A stretch of DNA of 63,830 nucleotides, the filler included, from Reclinomonas americana ATCC 50394 (Eukaryota): NCBI GenBank assembly GCA_048213135.1. It is 6 parts of 5 records of this genome, joined end to end, with 100 filler letters (N's around TTAATTAATTAA, not from the genome) between each part and the next. Parts side by side here need not be neighbours in the genome. Positions count along the whole stretch, not along the records: positions 1 to 25,177 come from PS015443.1; 5 more parts are not named here. One strand, given 5' to 3'. Each line of letters begins with the position of its first letter. The stretch's first letter is position 1. The notes beneath the pieces are model-generated. The model made no database searches. It was not told where the DNA came from and saw nothing but the letters and a program-made list of their open reading frames with translations. Positions 1 through 12,200 of this stretch are shown here, in pieces. The position numbers and the translations under genes were made by a program.

Positions 1-46
<46 letters not shown>

Positions 47-79
47 GTGAGTGCACTGAGTGTGTACGCGCGTGTGTAG

Positions 80-1985
80 GTCCACGGATGACATTGCAGG
101 ACTGTTGGATCTGTGCTTTGAGTCGGAGGTGCACGGCATTGCAGGTGTGGGTGACTGGTGTGATCATTCTCCGCACCTCCGAAACGCTGCTCACTGTGTG
201 TGGCGCAGATGCCATGGCCAAGTACCTGAAGCCGCTGGGCTACAACTATGTCATTCTCGACGACTGCTGGTTTGTGATGCGCCGTGATGAACGCGCATCT
301 CTCTTTCTCAGACATGTGTGCCATGGCATGCATATGCACAGGGCGGCGCATGAACGAGACACGCAGGGACGGCTGCAGGGCGACGCGAAGCGATTCCCCA
401 GTGGCATGAAGGCCCTCGTGGGTGCGTGTGTGTGTGTGCGCTTGTAAGGCAACTTGGTGATTGCGATGATCATATTGCGGACCGCAGACTACGTGCACTC
501 CAAGGGTCTCCGCATCGGCTTTTACACGTGCGCCGGCAACATCACGTGCAAGTACAATCGCCCCGGAAGCTACGGACACTACGAGCTGGATGCGCAGAGT
601 TGCGAAAGACTGGCTGCCGTCACGCTGTGCTGGCTGTTCGTAACGAGGTTTGTTTTTTTGCGTGCACAGCGTTCGCCTCGTGGGGAGCCGATCTGGTGAA
701 GCTCGACAACTGCCACATCCCGCACGATGTGCCCGACCGCAAGGTGCTGTACACGCAGTTCTCGCAGGCGCTCAATGCCACCGGCCGTCCCATGCTCTTT
801 GCGCTGTGCGAGTGGGGTCAAGGAAATCCGGTGTGTACCGCATGGCCACACCTATTTTCTATCGTGTCGCCACACTGACTTAACAGTCTGTTCTTTCTTC
901 ATTGTTTCCGTGCAGTGGGAGTGGGCTGGAGACATTGCCAACTCGTTGCGTTGTCAGCTCGAGATCCTGGTTTAATGATCCGAGATGTGACCATCGTGCT
1001 GCAGGTGGCGCATCCACACCGACCTCCTGCCGTGGTGGTGGGGTTCGCAGGGCACTCTGCAGGTAATCGAATCGGCCGCCAACAGATCGGCGTATGCTCG
1101 TCCGGGGTTCGTGGAATGCGATGTCCTCTCTGCATGGTTTTCTGTCAGTTCCTCACCGCCTCTGCATGTCTCCCACGAATCAGCGCGTGGAATTATCTGG
1201 GTGAGTTTCTTTGTGCGCCACACTCAGTCGCTGTCCTTGTCGCTTACAATTCGTTGCGCTGCAGATATTATGCAAATCCTCACCTTTGAGACTGGCTACA
1301 TTGACTCCAAGACCATGGTAGGGCGTGCGATGCGTACGTTTTCATGTGCTTGATGTGTGTGTGTGACCGACTCCTCCACTCTCCACAGTTCAGCATGTGG
1401 GCCCTGGTCAACTCGCCGCTGGTCACTGGTTGTGACATTCGCGATCTCGGTGCGCCTCGGGTCGTGCACACACTGGCTCGCCATCGCACTCACCTGTTTT
1501 GTCGTGCGCAGGCATCAACAAGCCCAAGGCCGACATTCTCATGAACACCGACGTGATTGCCATCAACCAGGACCCGCTGGCCAAGGCCGGCGACCGCATC
1601 GCTCAGTATGCCGACGGCGGGCAGGTGTGGGCCAAGCCGATCGTCGGCGGCCACGCGGTCGTCCTCTTCAACCCGCACGATGTCGAGACGCGCACCATCA
1701 AGGTTACGTGGGACATGCTCGGCTACAAGGCCGGCACCAAGCTGTCGCTGTACGACGTGTGGACGCACAAGGTGATGCTCCGCGCAGCGGTGCATTGTCT
1801 GTAAGAACACTGCTCACTCGTGCGTGCGCGCATGCGCTGTGCAGTCTCTCGGTGATTTCGTCGACGGCTACGATCACCTCGTGTGGATGCACGGTGAGGG
1901 CGACTCGACCACTGCTCACTGCAATCGCTCCTCTTACCCTCTCTCGCCCACAGATGTGATGATGTTCACCGCCAAGCAGGTGTAA
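80..1985 (+). CDS. Glycoside hydrolase family 27 alpha-galactosidase (multi-exon, 5' end outside window)
   Basis: Spliced translation gives YNYVILDDCW, RFPSGMKALVDYVHSKGL, FASWGADLVKLDNC (nucleophile Asp), ALNATGRPM, NSWRIHTD (acid/base Asp), FSMWALVNSPL, VIAINQDPL; ends TAA 1983-1985; GT-AG introns. Confidence 0.93.
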
Positions 1986-2067
1986 CAACAAGAAAGACGA
2001 GGCCGTGCATTGTGCCGAAGCAATTGTGGGATTGAAGACTGCCTGTCTCTCTCCCTTCACCACTCAC

Positions 2068-2430
2068 TCACGATCCAGACGACAGCACCTCGTTCTCTGC
2101 ACGCGTCAGCGCGCCCTGCTCATCCAGATACCTGGCGTTCTCCAGCCACTTGCACTGCCGACCGATGCGAATCAGCTGATCACACACACTGTCACACACA
2201 CTCTCAAACTCGCACTCACCCACACGCTACACACTTCCGTCAACTCGTCCTGCATCTGCGCCACGCTCTCGCAGTTGCGTCGCAACCGCATCACCTCGCT
2301 CTCCAGTGTGCCCACCGATTGTGCGAGCTCTGTGTGCGACAACGTTTTCCACAAACTCATCGCAACACCCACATGCGCACACACACACGCAACGACGAAT
2401 GACTTCTTCTGCGGCCTCTGCTGTCGCCAT
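2068..2430 (-). CDS. Small (72 aa) coiled-coil protein, 3 exons (2394-2430, 2235-2329, 2068-2154)
   Basis: Two GT-AG introns (64 and 80 nt) join MATAEAAEEVIRQLAQSVGTLESEVMRLRRNCESVAQMQDELTECKWLENARYLDEQGALTRAENEVLSSGS*. Confidence 0.6.
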
Positions 2431-2528
2431 CTGTCGTTCTCAGGTGTGTCAGTTTGGCGTGGGCGGGAATGATCTGGCGATTGATTGGTCCATCATTCCA
2501 AATCGAACACACGTCTTTCTCTCACGCG

Positions 2529-5500
2529 ATGAACAGTGCTGCTGCGACAGACAGTGAAGACGGCGGCGGTGGCAGTGGTNNNNNNNNNNNNNNNNNNNNN
2601 NNNNNNNNNNNNNNNNNNNNNNNNNNNNNNNNNNNNNNNNNNNNNNNNNNNNNNNNNNNNNNNNNNNNNNNNNNNNNNNNNNNNNNNNNNNNNNNNNNNN
2701 NNNNNNNNNNNNNNNNNNNNNNNNNNNNNNNNNNNNNNNNNNNNNNNNNNNNNNNNNNNNNNNNNNNNNNNNNNNNNNNNNNNNNNNNNNNNNNNNNNNN
2801 NNNNNNNNNNNNNNNNNNNNNNNNNNNNNNNNNNNNNNNNNNNNNNNNNNNNNNNNNNNNNNNNNNNNNNNNNNNNNNNNNNNNNNNNNNNNNNNNNNNN
2901 NNNNNNNNNNNNNNNNNNNNNNNNNNNNNNNNNNNNNNNNNNNNNNNNNNNNNNNNNNNNNNNNNNNNNNNNNNNNNNNNNNNNNNNNNNNNNNNNNNNN
3001 NNNNNNNNNNNNNNNNNNNNNNNNNNNNNNNNNNNNNNNNNNNNNNNNNNNNNNNNNNNNNNNNNNNNNNNNNNNNNNNNNNNNNNNNNNNNNNNNNNNN
3101 NNNNNNNNNNNNNNNNNNNNNNNNNNNNNNNNNNNNNNNNNNNNNNNNNNNNNNNNNNNNNNNNNNNNNNNNNNNNNNNNNNNNNNNNNNNNNNNNNNNN
3201 NNNNNNNNNNNNNNNNNNNNNNNNNNNNNNNNNNNNNNNNNNNNNNNNNNNNNNNNNNNNNNNNNNNNNNNNNNNNNNNNNNNNNNNNNNNNNNNNNNNN
3301 NNNNNNNNNNNNNNNNNNNNNNNNNNNNNNNNNNNNNNNNNNNNNNNNNNNNNNNNNNNNNNNNNNNNNNNNNNNNNNNNNNNNNNNNNNNNNNNNNNNN
3401 NNNNNNNNNNNNNNNNNNNNNNNNNNNNNNNNNNNNNNNNNNNNNNNNNNNNNNNNNNNNNNNNNNNNNNNNNNNNNNNNNNNNNNNNNNNNNNNNNNNN
3501 NNNNNNNNNNNNNNNNNNNNNNNNNNNNNNNNNNNNNNNNNNNNNNNNNACCGGCCGCGCCGGTGTCGCCGTCATCATCGTCAGCGAGGTGTCGGACAGC
3601 GCAAGAGTGCGTTCCAACACGCCGCCATCATCGTACAAGTACGCCGTGTCATCGTCAGTCTCAAACAAATCCGCCATGGGCCGGGGAGTTGGTGGTCGCC
3701 TCCGCCCATACGCCTGCTCTCGTGGATGTGGTCTAATCAAGTCCGCATCATCACTCCCACTGTCATGGCGGACCACGCGCCTATCGTCAGGCGCCACTCG
3801 CGCCAACATCATGAACTCATCTGCCGCTTCCGCCTCCTCTTGCTCCTCCTCCTCACTCATCACACGTCCACCATGCGGCGACCTGGCACGCGCGCTAGTA
3901 CGTCGCAACGGCGGCAGGTGTGGCAGAGGAGGTGGCGCCGCTGCCGTGATGTGTGCGTGCGGAGATACGAGAGGCGATCGATGTCGAGAGGAGACCACCG
4001 TCACACGATCGTCACCGTCATCACCCCCTGCGACTGCGAATGGATGGTCGCCGCCNNNNNNNNNNNNNNNNNNNNNNNNNNNNNNNNNNNNNNNNNNNNN
4101 NNNNNNNNNNNNNNNNNNNNNNNNNNNNNNNNNNNNNNNNNNNNNNNNNNNNNNNNNNNNNNNNNNNNNNNNNNNNNNNNNNNNNNNNNNNNNNNNNNNN
4201 NNNNNNNNNNNNNNNNNNNNNNNNNNNNNNNNNNNNNNNNNNNNNNNNNNNNNNGACAGTCTTTGAGGAGCTGGATTTCGATGAGGTGGATGGTGTGGTG
4301 TTGTACCATCAGCGGCAGGCGTGGACTCCGCGACCTCCCTCGCCCATTTTATCGTCGCCGCCGATCTCGCAAGCGAGTAGCAAGCGCCGCATTGTGCCGC
4401 TGCCGGCACGTTCATCGCGCTACTTGACAACTGTGGACATGGATCGCGATTTCCCCAATCCTTTCGAAATACTCTCGAGCTTGTACGGGCAACAGCCTGT
4501 GCCAAAGCTCAACCTGTTGCAGCTGCGGTCCGCCCAACAACTATGGCAGAAGCCGACCTTCGCGCCCGGCGCAGACATTGTTACATACACTCACAACTGG
4601 CGATGGGATGATCGGCGTGCTTCTCGCGCGGAGGAAGATTACGGCGAGGTGATTGACAACTCGTACGGGCGTGAGCGGTTGTTGGATGGTGAAGCAGCCT
4701 CGATGCTCGAGTACGCGCCGGACTTGGTGTCGGTGGCAGTGCCGGAGATCGCACAGGATGGGTGTGTGGGCTGGATGTACTCGGTGGAAGAGCCTTGTGT
4801 CGGTGCCGATCCGCAGTACCAGCTGCTGTTGCGTCTGGGGTGGTGATTGTTCAACAGTGCATTCTCTAACTACGTTGATTCGCAGCCTGCGACCATTGCG
4901 CGGACCTCGTGCTTTCGTGCCCACCGGCGCCGAGGTCAGCAAGCATCGCAGCTCCCGATACAGCAACGTGGAGGTTCCGCGGTTGGCGAAACTGATTCGC
5001 AGCTCTGGCGTACTACATCGCTCCATCATTCACGTAGTGCTGCTGACGATGGCGTTTGTGCATTGGGTGTGTGCGATCGCGTCGGCTGCCCACCTGTGGT
5101 TGGCCGGCTATGTCGCGCTGGGCGCCGTGGTATGCACAGATGAAGTGTGCGAGAACGCCTGCAGCTGGCTTACTTTGTTGGTGGTGTCTCGACGCAGATG
5201 GTGTCGATGCTGGGTGTGTACAGTGTTGTCGTGTGTGGTTGTCACGTGGCTGCGAATCGGGAGCACTGGTTGGAACAGTTGCGTTGCAAGTGCATGCAGG
5301 GAGGTGATGTCTGTGTGTGTGTGTGTGTGGTCTTTGCTGGCTGACTCGCAGCTGCGCAGCTACGGCGTGCGGTCGACATCAGTGGGTGTGTCGCTGGCGG
5401 TCGGAGCCACTGGTGTGTTGCAGTATTATGTGCTACGTGCTGCTGGTCGTGCTCAACGCGGTATGCATCGCAGGCTTTCCGGCCATTTTGTACGGCGCGC

Positions 5501-6827
5501 TGGAGTACGACATTTTTGCCGCTCGACAGCACCTGTCAGACGTGTCGATGCTTGCCACGTGGTACTACTCGATGCATTCGTTGACGTTGGGCGTGTGGAC
5601 CACTGGAGTTGCGTGCAGGGGGAGGCTCTTTGAAGTGTTCGACTGATCCACTGGCTGACAACATGTCTCCTCCAGTTTTTCGTCTTCCTCGTCGTGCAGG
5701 ACCAGATGCTGCACGTGCTCTATGTCGCGGTGCGTGAAGCAGTCCCTCACTCATGCAGATACACATCGTCGCTGACGTGAATTGTTTGTTTTCATTCGCC
5801 TTACCGCAGGGACTCATCTCGAGCGTGGTAATGTTGCACTTTCTGCTGTCGTTCCCGGATTACTCCGGCACCAACCTCGCGTGCCTGAACGGTTGGATTG
5901 CTGTGGAGACCTTCCTGTTCTGTGTTTCAACTCACACACTCTGTTTTTCTGTCAGTGTTTCACACCCCGTGCTCGACCACTTCACTCGTTTTGTACCCGC
6001 TGAACTGGCTGCTGACGCTCGGCATGAGTGGCATGGGCTGCTGGCACATTGGCCTGCTGGGAGCGGCGTTTGGGACGTACAATATGTTCTTTACGATGGT
6101 GGGAGAGGTCAGTCTCGTCGCCTGTCCGCTGCCCTTTTTTGCATTTTTTCCGGTTGCCACTCACTGCGGGACCCTGGTGGCAGGTGGCACTGCACGGCTT
6201 CCTGTTTTTGATTTTCTACCTCGTGGACTGCGAGCGACTGCGAAACCGATGGCCACGCACCTTTCTGTGGACCCTACGCCACCTGCTGAGAGAATTTCGC
6301 ACTGGCGTCATGTTGGCTCTGCACCTCGTCCCCTCGGCACAAGTGTGGTCCGTCACTTTGCGCGAGCTGACGGAGGTATGTTATGCACTTGTGTCCTCAC
6401 AACATCGCAGCGTGTGAACTGATGTCTCTGGCTGACAGAATTCGGAAGTCGTGTCGGCCGGCAAGCAATACGCCTGTTGTTTGACGCTGGTGGCCGTCGA
6501 CTTTTCCTTGTGGTTCGCGGAGTATTCTCTGCAGGGCTGTATCGCCAAGGTCATCTCACTGCCCTTTTGTTGCAGGATCGCGGCGTGTGTGGTTTCACTG
6601 CGCCGCATCTCCACCACGAGTACGATCAGCAGCAGCACGTACCAGTTGTTCCTCACGGTTCGTACACGTCAATCAGTCCCCTTTCGTCGTCATCTCGTCT
6701 CTGATCATTGCTATCGCGGTTGCAGACATCGTTGGTGCTGGGCATTTGGAGTCTGCTCGGCATCTTCTGGCAGCTCTCTCTCAAGCTCATGCTGAAACCG
6801 AAACATCGAGTGGTTCGCGACGTGTAA
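2529..6827 (+). CDS. Uncharacterised multi-pass membrane protein with low-complexity N-terminus (gapped; 3' end approximate)
   Basis: MNSAAATDSEDGGGGSG before the gap; long open exon from 4255; many hydrophobic exons 5000-6800; contig 3550-4055 appears inverted. Confidence 0.5.
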
Positions 6828-7072
6828 ACAACATTACAAACATGTCTCTATTATTCTCTTTCATCGACCAACACGCAGTAGAGTGTGTGACCAGCCTTTT
6901 GGTGGCAAGTGGGGGGTTTGGTGTCCATAGACACCATTGTGAAGAAAGAAGTTGGGGGGTTGGGAGGAAAGGCTTTCCCCACGCGGCCGACCCAGCAAAA
7001 CAATGAGTGGGCCAATCCAGTGGGGGGCAAGTACAGTCGCAGCCACACAGCCAGTAGCAGCAAAGAAGCAGC

Positions 7073-7528
7073 TTACTGGGCGTTGCTGGTGTACTTGGTG
7101 ACGGCCTTGGTGCCCTCGGACACGGCGTGCTTGGCCAGCTCTCCCGGCAGCAGGAGGCGCACGGCAGTCTGGACCTCGCGAGACGAGAGGGTCTTGGTCT
7201 TGCCGTAGCGCACCAGGCGGGAAGCCTCGTTGGCGATGCGCTCGAACACGTCGTTGATGAACGAGTTCATGATGTTCATGGCGCGGTTGGAGACACCAGT
7301 GTCGGGGTGCACCTGCTTCAGCACCCTATTGTTGTATACAAGGTCAGTTTGACATGCACACTTGACGAGAGTGAATGAGCATGGGGAAAAACTCAACTTG
7401 TAGATGTAGGACGAGAAGGTCTCCACACGCTTCTTCTGCTTCTTCTTCTTGTCAGCAGAGCTGGACGCGGGGGCGCTCTTCACGGCCTTGGGGGCCTTCT
7501 GGGCCTTAGCAGCGGTCTTCGGCGGCAT
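7073..7528 (-). CDS. H2B: Histone H2B with one 72-nt intron (7326-7397)
   Basis: MPPKTAAK...[41 protein letters not shown]...[22 protein letters not shown]. Confidence 0.98.
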   Translation of the reverse strand: MPPKTAAKAQKAPKAVKSAPASSSADKKKKQKKRVETFSSYIYKLSFSPCSFTLVKCACQTDLVYNNRVLKQVHPDTGVSNRAMNIMNSFINDVFERIANEASRLVRYGKTKTLSSREVQTAVRLLLPGELAKHAVSEGTKAVTKYTSNAQ

Positions 7529-8398
7529 GATGAATGAGAGTAGTTGACTGTGTGTGTGCGCGTGGGATGAGTGCGAGGGGGAAACACAGCAGTGTGCGAA
7601 AAGGGGGGGCGACCAACCTTTGCTCACGGGGAACACGAGAAAACGAATGAGACGTGGAAGGCAAACCTCTGATCGACCGAGTGCACGTGGCCCAAGATGG
7701 GGCCCCTCTTGGCGACGAACCATTTCTCCCGCCAGAACATGCGAGCCAAATTCTCTGTCCATCGATTTGCCATTCACAGATNNNNNNNNNNNNNNNNNNN
7801 NNNNNNNNNNNNNNNNNNNNNNNNNNNNNNNNNNNNNNNNNNNNNNNNNNNNNNNNNNNNNNNNNNNNNNNNNNNNNNNNNNNNNNNNNNNNNNNNNNNN
7901 NNNNNNNNNNNNNNNNNNNNNNNNNNNNNNNNNNNNNNNNNNNNNNNNNNNNNNNNNNNNNNNNNNNNNNNNNNNNNNNNNNNNNNNNNNNNNNNNNNNN
8001 NNNNNNNNNNNNNNNNNNNNNNNNNNNNNNNNNNNNNNNNNNNNNNNNNNNNNNNNNNNNNNNNNNNNNNNNNNNNNNNNNNNNNNNNNNNNNNNNNNNN
8101 NNNNNNNNNNNNNNNNNNNNNNNNNNNNNNNNNNNNNNNNNNNNNNNNNNNNNNNNNNNNNNNNNNNNNNNNNNNNNNNNNNNNNNNNNNNNNNNNNNNN
8201 NNNNNNNNNNNNNNNNNNNNNNNNNNNNNNNNNNNNNNNNNNNNNNNNNNNNNNNNNNNNNNNNNNNNNNNNNNNNNNNNNNNNNNNNNNNNNNNNNCGT
8301 TTTTTGCATTCTCTGGTGAGCCGACGCCGAGTGCGCGCCTCCCACTGTTTGCTTCCTCTTCCACTCATCTCTCTGTGTGTGTGCAGTAACAAGCAAGC

Positions 8399-8734
8399 AT
8401 GTCTGGACGCGGAAAGGGCGGCGGAAAGGGATTCGGCTCTGGCGGCAAGGGCCTGGGCAAGGGCGGCGCCAAGCGCCACAAGAAGGTGTTCCGTGACAAC
8501 ATTCAGGGCATCACCAAGCCGGCTATCCGCCGCTTGGCGCGCCGTGGTGGTGTCAAGCGCATTTCGGGCCTCATCTACGACGAGACCCGCAACGTGCTCA
8601 AGACCTTCCTCGAGAACGTCATTCGCGACGCTGTGACCTACACCGAGCACGGCCGCCGCAAGACCGTCACTGCCATGGACGTGGTCTACGCGCTCAAGCG
8701 CCAGGGCCGCACCATCTACGGCTTTGGTGGATAA
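8399..8734 (+). CDS. H4: Histone H4, intronless, 111 aa with extended N-terminal tail
   Basis: [28 protein letters not shown]...[23 protein letters not shown]. Confidence 0.99.
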   Translation: MSGRGKGGGKGFGSGGKGLGKGGAKRHKKVFRDNIQGITKPAIRRLARRGGVKRISGLIYDETRNVLKTFLENVIRDAVTYTEHGRRKTVTAMDVVYALKRQGRTIYGFGG

Positions 8735-9236
8735 ATCATCNNNNNNNNNNNNNNNNNNNNTTCACCTCCCCCCTCACTGGAGACCTTCCCTCCTCGGAGG
8801 GAGGGGGTGTTGTTGCCGCGCGCGCCATTTTGTGCGCCATCGCATCCCTTATTTTTTTCGGGATGCGGTGCCACAATGGCGAGCAGGCAGCTACGCTTTC
8901 TCTCGTACTTCTTAATGGCGCTTATTAGCGCCAAACCCCACATACCACCAACAAGAAAAAAGAAGTCATCACGCTTTCGTGTGTGTGCATTGTACGTCAA
9001 TGTGTCATCGTCATTTTTCCAAACAGTGTTCCACGAGGAATTGGAAGGAGCTCGAACTCAAAACCAACCCGTCTCGTTGGCATGGAGAGTGCACGCCGCA
9101 GTTGTTGTGTGTGTGAGGATCCCAATGAAGCGCATTGTTTTCATCGGACGATGTCCCGAATTCCCCGATCTAAAATCCATTCTGCAAGCGTTCTTGTGCA
9201 AAGCACACCCACACTGCCCATCGCGCCTCCGCTGAC

Positions 9237-12200
9237 ATGGGCAGCCGCGCGTCAGTGGCACAGCGCCGAGCTGCAGGCAGCGGTGGTGGTGGCAGCACAA
9301 TGCTGGCATCACAGCTCCACGCACAACCGTCACCGGCCGATGGCGACGAGGAGCAACAGCGGCGGCGTGAACGTCGTCACCGTCGCCACCAGCGCCGCCG
9401 ACACCGTCATCACAAACGACGGCGTCGCCATCGCCATCGTGACGAGGCCGAGATCGATGAAGATCCGACAGGTGATCTCGTCCCTCTGGGCCTCCCCATC
9501 AGCATTTTGCTTCTCCTCATTCTCCGTGTGCCACAGATCGCGGCTCCGACGATGAGCAAGACATGCCACCGATCGCCGAGGAGCCCAGTCCACCATTGTC
9601 GGCGCGTGGCACGTCGCGTCTGCGGGAACACTGGCGACATGTGTGCGACGCCATGACGTCGTTGTCGTTGAGTGCGCATCCGCAGGCCAACGCCGACGGC
9701 TCCGTGTCGCGCCTGTTCCACGTGCCGCTGAAGGTGCTGCTCACTGGGCGCACCGAGCCGGAGCCGGCGTTGGAGGCCATCTCGGCACTGGTGCAGGCCG
9801 TCGATGTGAAGGTGATTCTGGTGTGCGGCGCACCGGGCTCGGGCAAGTCGTCGCTGGTGCAGCAGGCGCTCGGACCGCTGTGGGATGCCGTGACAGTCGA
9901 TGTGGTGCCGGAGACCGATGTGGCGACGTCGACGCTGGCCACAGACACGGAGCTTGGACGGCGGCCGACGGTGCCTGTGTACGCCTTTGCCGACACGTTC
10001 CGATCGCTGCCCTCGTTCTTCTCATCGATTGGCATGCACGACGATGAGGCATGTTGCTGCTGCTGCTGATGATGTAATGCTGCGTTGCTTTCTGACACCA
10101 GATGACGCCAGATCGAGTCGGTTCGCAAGTCGCATCGGATTGTGCTCGTGCTCGACGACTGGGAGTGGCAGTACAAAACCGATCGCAGCATTTGGGATGC
10201 GTTGCAGTTGTCGGTGGGTGCTGCTGTCGTTCATTCTTTCGAGGAGGTCGTGCAATTGATCCGGCATCACTGCGCAGGGTTGGTGCGTGCGGCTGGTGGT
10301 GATTACGAGATGCACGAGCGTCGCCTCGGCCGATGCCATCTGGCTCGGTCCTCCCAACAAGGCCACCCCGCAGAGTCGTCGAGCGTACGTTATCGACTGC
10401 CTCATGCAACCTTTGACTCACACGCAAGTGTCGGACGTCACGAAACGGTGCTGCTTTTGTGTGCACGAAGATCGCTTCCCTCCCATTGTGGCTGCTAACG
10501 TCCCCTTCATCACCCACAGATCGATGGAGTTGGTCGGCAGTGTGGCCAAGAAGCACTTGCCGTCGCATTACTTTCGCCAGTTTCTCGGTCTGCCGGGACT
10601 GGAAGAGCTCACGCAAGTGGTGAGTTCCTTGCCTACAACGACAACAACAACAACAGCGTTGCGACACTAACAACTGTCACTGTAGCCCCTGCATCTCACT
10701 CTGGCGGTGGAGGCGTGGGAATCGTTGTGCCCGGAGCGCGATCCACTGCCGACGGCACCAGTGTTGCAGCGACTGCAAATCTTCCGAGCCTTTGTTCGCA
10801 TGCGCACGGCACACGCGGTGAAGCAGCTCCCGTACGGCAAGGTACGTACACGCACACGGGCACCGTCCTCCTCCTCCTCATCTTTGCCGTGCTGACTCGC
10901 TGCGCAGTTGTACAGGAACGATGCGGAGGCTGTCGAAGCAGAATTGCGCTTCTCTGAAGAAGTCGCTATGAGCATGATGGCACTCGGGTGCCGCTCGGTG
11001 ACTGCGCAGCAGGTGTGAGTGTTGCTGATATACACACGTGAAGTTCACACGCTCACACAAATGTACGCACATGCAGACCGACTTGTGGAACAGGTTCTTC
11101 GACGCGGCCTCGAGCGAGCAAAAGACGTGGTTGCGGGGAGCGGTGAGCTGTCTTCTCCTTCTTTGATGCCACTGCCACCGACGAGTCCTCACGAGTGCAT
11201 GCGCACAGTCGCTGCTGCGTCGTGACTCTCGCGCAACCTATCGCTGGCTGCACCCCACCCTGCTGGAGTACTTTGCTGCCGAGGGCTTCTGCCGATGTGT
11301 GCTGGCGCGTGACTATGCACAGCTCAATCGGCGTCTGGTGGCGCATGAGGTGTGTACAGAGCATGAGAATGGCTGTTGCTGCAGGCTGACTCACGCAAAC
11401 ATGCAGACCTCGTTGATACAATTCATGAGCGACAGCGCGGAAGGAGCAGCTCGCTTGCGCGAGGCACTGCTCGAGACCGTGCTGGCCACTCGTCGCCACC
11501 ACCACCTGGCCACCGCCGCAGCCAATGCCATTACTGGTATGACGATGCATCGGGCCGGGTGTGCCTCAGTGACCTTACTAACCTGCGGTCCGTTGCAGTT
11601 CTCAACGTGTGCCGCCAGCCGCTGAGCAACACTGACTTGCGCGGCGTTCGCATCTGCGGTGCTGATTTGAGCCATGTTTCGTTTGTGTCTTTGTTGTTGC
11701 CACGAAGGCGCCTGCTGCTAATGCATTTATGGCGCAGAGTGTGATGGACGGTGCCATCTTGGATGGTGCTGATTTGGATCAAGTGTCGCTGTCACGCGCT
11801 TGGCTCGCCCGCTCATCGCTGCGCGGAGCCTCGCTGAGCAACGTGTTCATGGACGAGCGACCACGATGCAAGGTAGAGTAGATGTAGTGCTGACGATGTC
11901 TTGCCGGGACTCGCCGCACTCATCACCGCTGCAGATGCACTCCTCCATTGCCGGGTTTGATGTCGGCCCTGCTGGTGTGGTAGTGGCCGATCTCGGTTCT
12001 GGCGGCCCGCAGTTGTGGTCAGCCGCGAGTGACATGCAGCTTCTGAAAACGTTCCAGTTGCCACGCAGTTGCGCTGCTGTCAGTTCGTGAGTGTGATGAT
12101 GGTGAGCGATTCCTCATACATCGCTTGCAGTCGCCACTCTGCCTACCCTGTCTGGCATCTGTTTCGTTCCGCTTCCTGCACGGCGCGATGATGCGTGGCG

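Noticed and set aside
1183..1275. GH27 WNYLDIM in place of the usual WNDPDML as evidence of a pseudogene
   Set aside because: Both catalytic aspartates and the reading frame are intact; at most a specificity variant
2454..4505. Very long ORFs spanning N runs (also near 49310-51277, 54028-55761, 58008-59836)
   Set aside because: Artefacts of translating gaps as X
8785..8804. Hairpin downstream of H4 as a histone 3' stem-loop
   Set aside because: Does not match the SLBP-binding consensus and lies beyond an N gap; a weak hairpin after H2B also fails
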